Below, piece after piece: positions 16,167-20,000 of a DNA stretch of 20,000 nt. The stretch is taken from the IMG/VR virus record IMGVR_UViG_3300019373_000270. One strand, written 5' to 3'. The stretch is from an uncultured virus (IMG/VR IMGVR_UViG_3300019373_000270) (taxonomy: Duplodnaviria > Heunggongvirae > Uroviricota > Caudoviricetes). How positions within the stretch are numbered: position 1 is the stretch's first letter; each line of letters starts with the position of its first letter. The position numbers and the translations under genes were made by a program. The notes under the pieces are model-generated. The model was not told where the DNA came from. It worked only from the letters and a program-made list of their open reading frames with translations, and made no database searches.

Positions 16167-18317
16167 ATGATGTATACACAGATGATAGATCTTATTGATC
16201 TAAATGAAAATGAAATCAGGATACTTGAAGATCAAATGCCGCTTGATGATAATAAAGTGGATATAAAAGAACTCGATGACAGCATTCTTACTGTATGTTC
16301 CGATGCGACAAAAGGTCAGACTCTTGATCTCTCAAATGCGACATTCTATCGTATATATAATGACAAATCTCACACGATCGAAATATATCCATCGCTTGAA
16401 CGCAAGCAGGAACTTTTTGTAGACCCCTGCTCTGATAAGATTTATACTGCGAGGTATATTTCAAATACTGCATACCTATTCACGAGCGAGAATGAAATCA
16501 TGACTGACCTTATTCCTTTTGATAAAAAATATATAAGAGCCTTTTTTGACAGGCTTAATATTCTAGTCCCATGCGGGAAAGTACTATATACTGTCATTGA
16601 CAAAAAGAAATACATCCTAAAATATAGTACAGTCTCTGAATTGCTGCCACAAGTAAACACTGACAGTTATCATATGCTTACGTACAACATATACGATATG
16701 ATCACAGGCCTCAGCCTCAGCGAAATTATGAGTGTGATCACATCTGAATTCGAGAACAAAACTATAGAAGATATGAAAGAAAAACATGGAGATGACGTTG
16801 ACGAACGGCTTATTTACGAAAAAGTAAAACAATTTGAAAAAGAATTGCCTGATGTGATCAAGTCGAATAGTACGTTGTACAACGAAGATGATGAGTTTAT
16901 AACAGAACTTTCCGGCAAGGATATTCCTATCATACAGCTTCAGCGTGAGCTGAACAACATCGACAATAATATTTCAGCTGCCATCAACATAACCACAAAA
17001 GACCATAAAGTGACCGAACGTGGAACAACAATTAATGGATATCGATTAACTACGAACATTGAAGTATACTACAATAACGAAGTCCTTGTTAAAATCACCA
17101 TAGAAGATCGTGATCCATGTGAAGATTATGGTCTATACAGCAGCGGTATAGGTATATATCCTAAATTAAACTATAACATACGGATTGATCCCGTTCATCC
17201 AAATGAGCCTGAGCTTAACACAGCAATACGCACTGATTTTCAAAACACAAATAATATAAATGCTACGCTCACTATTATTAAAAATGCTGTATTAGCTGCC
17301 AAAACCAGCCTTGATAAAAAAGATAAAACACTATCATTCACAGAAGCTAGATACAACAAAAATACAGTTATGTATGCGTATGCCAATTTTGGCAAAATTC
17401 CCGGCTTGGTAATAGCGAAAGGCAATAAGATTTACTTTAAATCTTGCTCATTTGAGCTGGAAACGAGTAATTTTATCAATGAAAAAATAATAGGCCTTGC
17501 ATCTATCCTGAGTTTGTTTTCAAGCATGACTAAAAAACAGACCGAGAAATACGTTGTCGATAACGTAAATAAGTATCTGTATAAAATAGAGACCGGTACG
17601 GATAAAAAACTTATTGATGGAATATGTAAGTTTATCGATAGTAAATACAAAAGAGATCGTAAATATGACGAACCATATAAAATAGTGTATGGTAAAAACG
17701 GTAATGTTCTTATTCCATATACAGAATGGTTTATAGGCTTTGATCCATACGGAAAGATACCTTTGGCCAATGATTTATGTTCGGAAAAAGAACCTGAAGT
17801 TCGGATGTTCAAACCTGACATGTCAACATCAAATCTGTGTTTAGATGAACACATTCTCATCAAAACATTCAATGAACTTGAAATCAAAAGGCGTTATGTT
17901 TATCCTTTTGTTGTACGGTTCAGTTCTATTTCTCATTGGAAGTATAACGCAAATACTGTCGAAAAACACAAGACCCGAGAAAAAAATCTCGCAGAGATAA
18001 TAAAAATTCTTCGTTCAACAAAAGATATGATAGGAGGATATAAACGTAAGACGATCAACATAAACAACACTCGTGAATATAGAGAAAAAGTGATATCGCT
18101 CTGCGCACCGGACGACAACAGTATTAGGTATATACTAAAAATTACGAACTCAAAAATAAGTGATGATATCACCATTGAATTGTCAACGGAGGAATATGAT
18201 CCACGCGATATCAGCGAACGCCTGGTTATTAAAGACAGAACTACTAAAAAGATAGACGATGATATGATCGATTTGATCGTATCTCATATGTTAACTAACT
18301 TCGATCTGCTTACCTAA
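16167..18317 (+). CDS. Large hypothetical protein (about 716 aa)
   Basis: Long ORF; RBS aaggag at 16152-16157 favours ATG 16167. No motif recognised. Confidence 0.8.
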   Translation: MMYTQMIDLIDLNENEIRILEDQMPLDDNKVDIKELDDSILTVCSDATKGQTLDLSNATFYRIYNDKSHTIEIYPSLERKQELFVDPCSDKIYTARYISNTAYLFTSENEIMTDLIPFDKKYIRAFFDRLNILVPCGKVLYTVIDKKKYILKYSTVSELLPQVNTDSYHMLTYNIYDMITGLSLSEIMSVITSEFENKTIEDMKEKHGDDVDERLIYEKVKQFEKELPDVIKSNSTLYNEDDEFITELSGKDIPIIQLQRELNNIDNNISAAINITTKDHKVTERGTTINGYRLTTNIEVYYNNEVLVKITIEDRDPCEDYGLYSSGIGIYPKLNYNIRIDPVHPNEPELNTAIRTDFQNTNNINATLTIIKNAVLAAKTSLDKKDKTLSFTEARYNKNTVMYAYANFGKIPGLVIAKGNKIYFKSCSFELETSNFINEKIIGLASILSLFSSMTKKQTEKYVVDNVNKYLYKIETGTDKKLIDGICKFIDSKYKRDRKYDEPYKIVYGKNGNVLIPYTEWFIGFDPYGKIPLANDLCSEKEPEVRMFKPDMSTSNLCLDEHILIKTFNELEIKRRYVYPFVVRFSSISHWKYNANTVEKHKTREKNLAEIIKILRSTKDMIGGYKRKTININNTREYREKVISLCAPDDNSIRYILKITNSKISDDITIELSTEEYDPRDISERLVIKDRTTKKIDDDMIDLIVSHMLTNFDLLT

Positions 18318-18360
18318 CTATTTCCTCATTCAAAATAAATTCTTTAGAATAATTGATCTG

Positions 18361-18403
18361 ATACTTTTACTCTGAGGTACATTTTGTATCTCAGAGTTTT
18401 TTT
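18361..18403 (+). terminator. Terminator within a 43-bp direct repeat, copy 2
   Basis: Identical to 15974-16016. Confidence 0.9.
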
Positions 18404-18484
18404 ATATATAATTTTTATAGAACACTTCATTCTGATATAATTATAATATAAAACGAAAATCCAAAGAAAAGGGATGGTAAAATA

Positions 18485-19024
18485 ATGAGTAACAGAAAGA
18501 ATATAACCGATTTTCTTAGCCGCCTGCTCGAAGCAGAAAAATTTAGAGGTATGGGGAAATACTGGGGAAAAGAGGTAGTTGTGGACTACATGACAAAAGA
18601 TGTTCGCAGGATAGATTATATGCAGTTTGAACCGGTGAACCAGATAAGCATTGACGGAATTGAAAAAGGAATTTTCAAGGGATATGAAGTAAAATCCTGT
18701 AAGGCTGATTTTAAGTCCGGGTTTGGGCAGAATTATTTCTGTGAATATAATTATCTCGTGATGACCATGCAGACTTACAAAGAACTTTTGCATACCGAAC
18801 TGAAAGAAATTCCTCACTATGTCGGAGTATTGGTTTCTATACCGAAAAACGCTGCTAAAACTAATAAAGAAGCGATGCTCGATGAATTTGACGATCCCAC
18901 TCCTCTTCCGGAAGATTACAATATAGATAACTGGCATCTGGTTTCCGTTAAGGCTGCTATGCAGACATACAGAAAGAAACCTATGCTTGAACTCATGTTC
19001 TGTCTTCTGCGAAATCGATGCTGA
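18485..19024 (+). CDS. PD-(D/E)XK nuclease-like protein (MmcB-like / phage type)
   Basis: KEV...RIDY...YEVKSCKADFKS..GQNY...YNYLVM pattern. Confidence 0.65.
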   Translation: MSNRKNITDFLSRLLEAEKFRGMGKYWGKEVVVDYMTKDVRRIDYMQFEPVNQISIDGIEKGIFKGYEVKSCKADFKSGFGQNYFCEYNYLVMTMQTYKELLHTELKEIPHYVGVLVSIPKNAAKTNKEAMLDEFDDPTPLPEDYNIDNWHLVSVKAAMQTYRKKPMLELMFCLLRNRC

Positions 19025-19047
19025 AATATTTGAAAGGAAAAGAAATT

Positions 19048-19683
19048 ATGGCAAAGAAGAAATATTACGCGGTAAAAGAAGGACGGGTACCCGGCATATA
19101 TAACTCCTGGGATGAATGCTCTGCTCAGGTCAATGGTTACAGCGGAGCAATCTATAAGAGTTTTTCTTCCATAGAAGAAGCGGAGATTTTTATCGGCTCC
19201 CTCCCCCTAACTTCCGATGAACCCAAATCGAACATGGCACAAAATATTATTTTCGATAGATCCATAAGTGATGAATGCAAGATCTACGTTGACGGAAGTT
19301 ATAATTCTAAAACTAACATTTTCTCTTATGGTATGGTTATTATAAGGAACGGGAAAGAAATAACATCGAATAGATCATTCTTTGAACCTGAAATGGCTCA
19401 AATGAGAAATGTTGCAGGAGAAATAATGGGTGCAACGGCTGCTATGGAATACTGCCTTGAAAATAATATTTCTGAATGCTCCCTTTTCTATGACTACGAA
19501 GGCATTGAAAAATGGCCTCTTCGAGAATGGAAAGCAAACAGAATCGGTACAAAAAATTATGTTGACTTTTATGATTCGATAAAAGATAAAGTTAAGATCA
19601 AATTCATTCATGTCAAAGGTCATTCCGGAGATAAAAATAATGAAATGGCTGACAGACTTGCTAAAGAGGCTGCGGGGATATGA
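19048..19683 (+). CDS. rnhA: Ribonuclease HI with an N-terminal caulimovirus viroplasmin (hybrid-binding) domain
   Basis: KKYYAVKEGRVPGIY.SW.EC..QV.GYSGA.YKSF; IYVDGSY, RNVAGEI, YDYEGI, HVKGHSG..NEMADRLAK. Confidence 0.92.
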   Translation: MAKKKYYAVKEGRVPGIYNSWDECSAQVNGYSGAIYKSFSSIEEAEIFIGSLPLTSDEPKSNMAQNIIFDRSISDECKIYVDGSYNSKTNIFSYGMVIIRNGKEITSNRSFFEPEMAQMRNVAGEIMGATAAMEYCLENNISECSLFYDYEGIEKWPLREWKANRIGTKNYVDFYDSIKDKVKIKFIHVKGHSGDKNNEMADRLAKEAAGI

Positions 19684-19702
19684 TAGTTATAGAGGTTGTG
19701 TT

Positions 19703-19721
19703 GTGTCACGTGTGACACAGA
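19703..19721. repeat. parS-like palindrome, copy 2 (inverted relative to copy 1)
   Basis: gtgtcacgtgtgacacaga is the reverse complement of 3854-3872. 19702-19717 TGTGTCACGTGTGACA matches canonical parS at 13/16. Confidence 0.6.
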
Positions 19722-19748
19722 TTTTGGATCGTATTTTTATCGTATGGT

Positions 19749-19789
19749 AAAAAAAGCACCCCTTCTGAAATAAATCAGAGGGGGTGCTT
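19749..19789 (-). terminator. Terminator for the convergent minus-strand gene (possibly bidirectional)
   Basis: aagcaccccttctga-aataaa-tcagagggggtgctt hairpin whose left end runs into an A7 tract (T-tail on the minus strand). Confidence 0.75.
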
Positions 19790-19864
19790 ACGGTTATTGT
19801 CAGCTGTACCAGCTTCCGATGCTTGAGTAAATGTTCGCATCCGATTTCCGCTTACACCGATATA

Positions 19865-20000
19865 TCACGGATATTTACATTCTATAACACAATCAGGAAA
19901 ACGTTCTTTAAGATAATTGAGGACTTCATCACTTGGTTTTACACAGAAGCTGACATATTTCAGCTGTGTAAAGTTCTTGTAATTATCCACATTACAATAA
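19865..20000 (-). CDS. C-terminal end of a gene entering from beyond the window, possibly a leucine-rich-repeat protein
   Basis: ...YCNVDNYKNFTQLKYVSFCVKPSDEVLNYLKERFPDCVIECKYP*; L..LK..[FL]P.C.I is a common LRR C-cap. Confidence 0.5.
   Translation of the reverse strand, partial: YCNVDNYKNFTQLKYVSFCVKPSDEVLNYLKERFPDCVIECKYP

Noticed and set aside
851..19623. Numerous minus-strand and alternate-frame ORFs in the supplied track
   Set aside because: They overlap well-supported + strand genes, lack recognisable motifs and have shadow-ORF composition.
3854..19721. 19-bp inverted copies as transposon terminal inverted repeats
   Set aside because: The sites are internally palindromic, no target duplication or intact transposase is seen, and similarity does not extend convincingly beyond 19 bp.

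Overview
AT-rich Firmicutes (Clostridia/Ruminococcaceae-like) DNA. Essentially every gene is on the + strand. The window opens with the 3' half of a class II tRNA (probably Ser, no encoded CCA), a small acidic ORF, clpS-clpA, a sigma-region-4/RNAP-alpha-CTD-like fusion protein and a histone-like DUF6465-type protein. A mosaic island follows (about 4.5-11.2 kb): a cysteine hydrolase, a PIN-like protein, gene relics, an SRAP / Y-family polymerase / YolD mutagenesis cassette interleaved with immunity-protein-like genes, and a chimeric IS256/IS1182 relic. The rest holds two repeat proteins, an XerC-like recombinase, a stand-alone DUF262 protein, a large orphan between 43-bp direct repeats, an MmcB-like PD-(D/E)XK nuclease, viroplasmin-RNase H and the tail of a minus-strand gene. 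The most striking signals are non-coding. They are (i) six copies of ATGGCACAAAA around and inside the xer gene and in rnhA, (ii) a recurrent non-canonical promoter layout (TTTTAT-N7-RTTTTY-N3-TATAAT) that also precedes the sigma4/alpha-CTD gene, (iii) reused promoter/leader/terminator modules suggesting cassette shuffling, and (iv) two identical parS-like palindromes 15.8 kb apart. The mix suggests a large extrachromosomal element (megaplasmid, secondary replicon or jumbo phage), but this is inference. All family calls come from motif recognition by eye; no searches were run.
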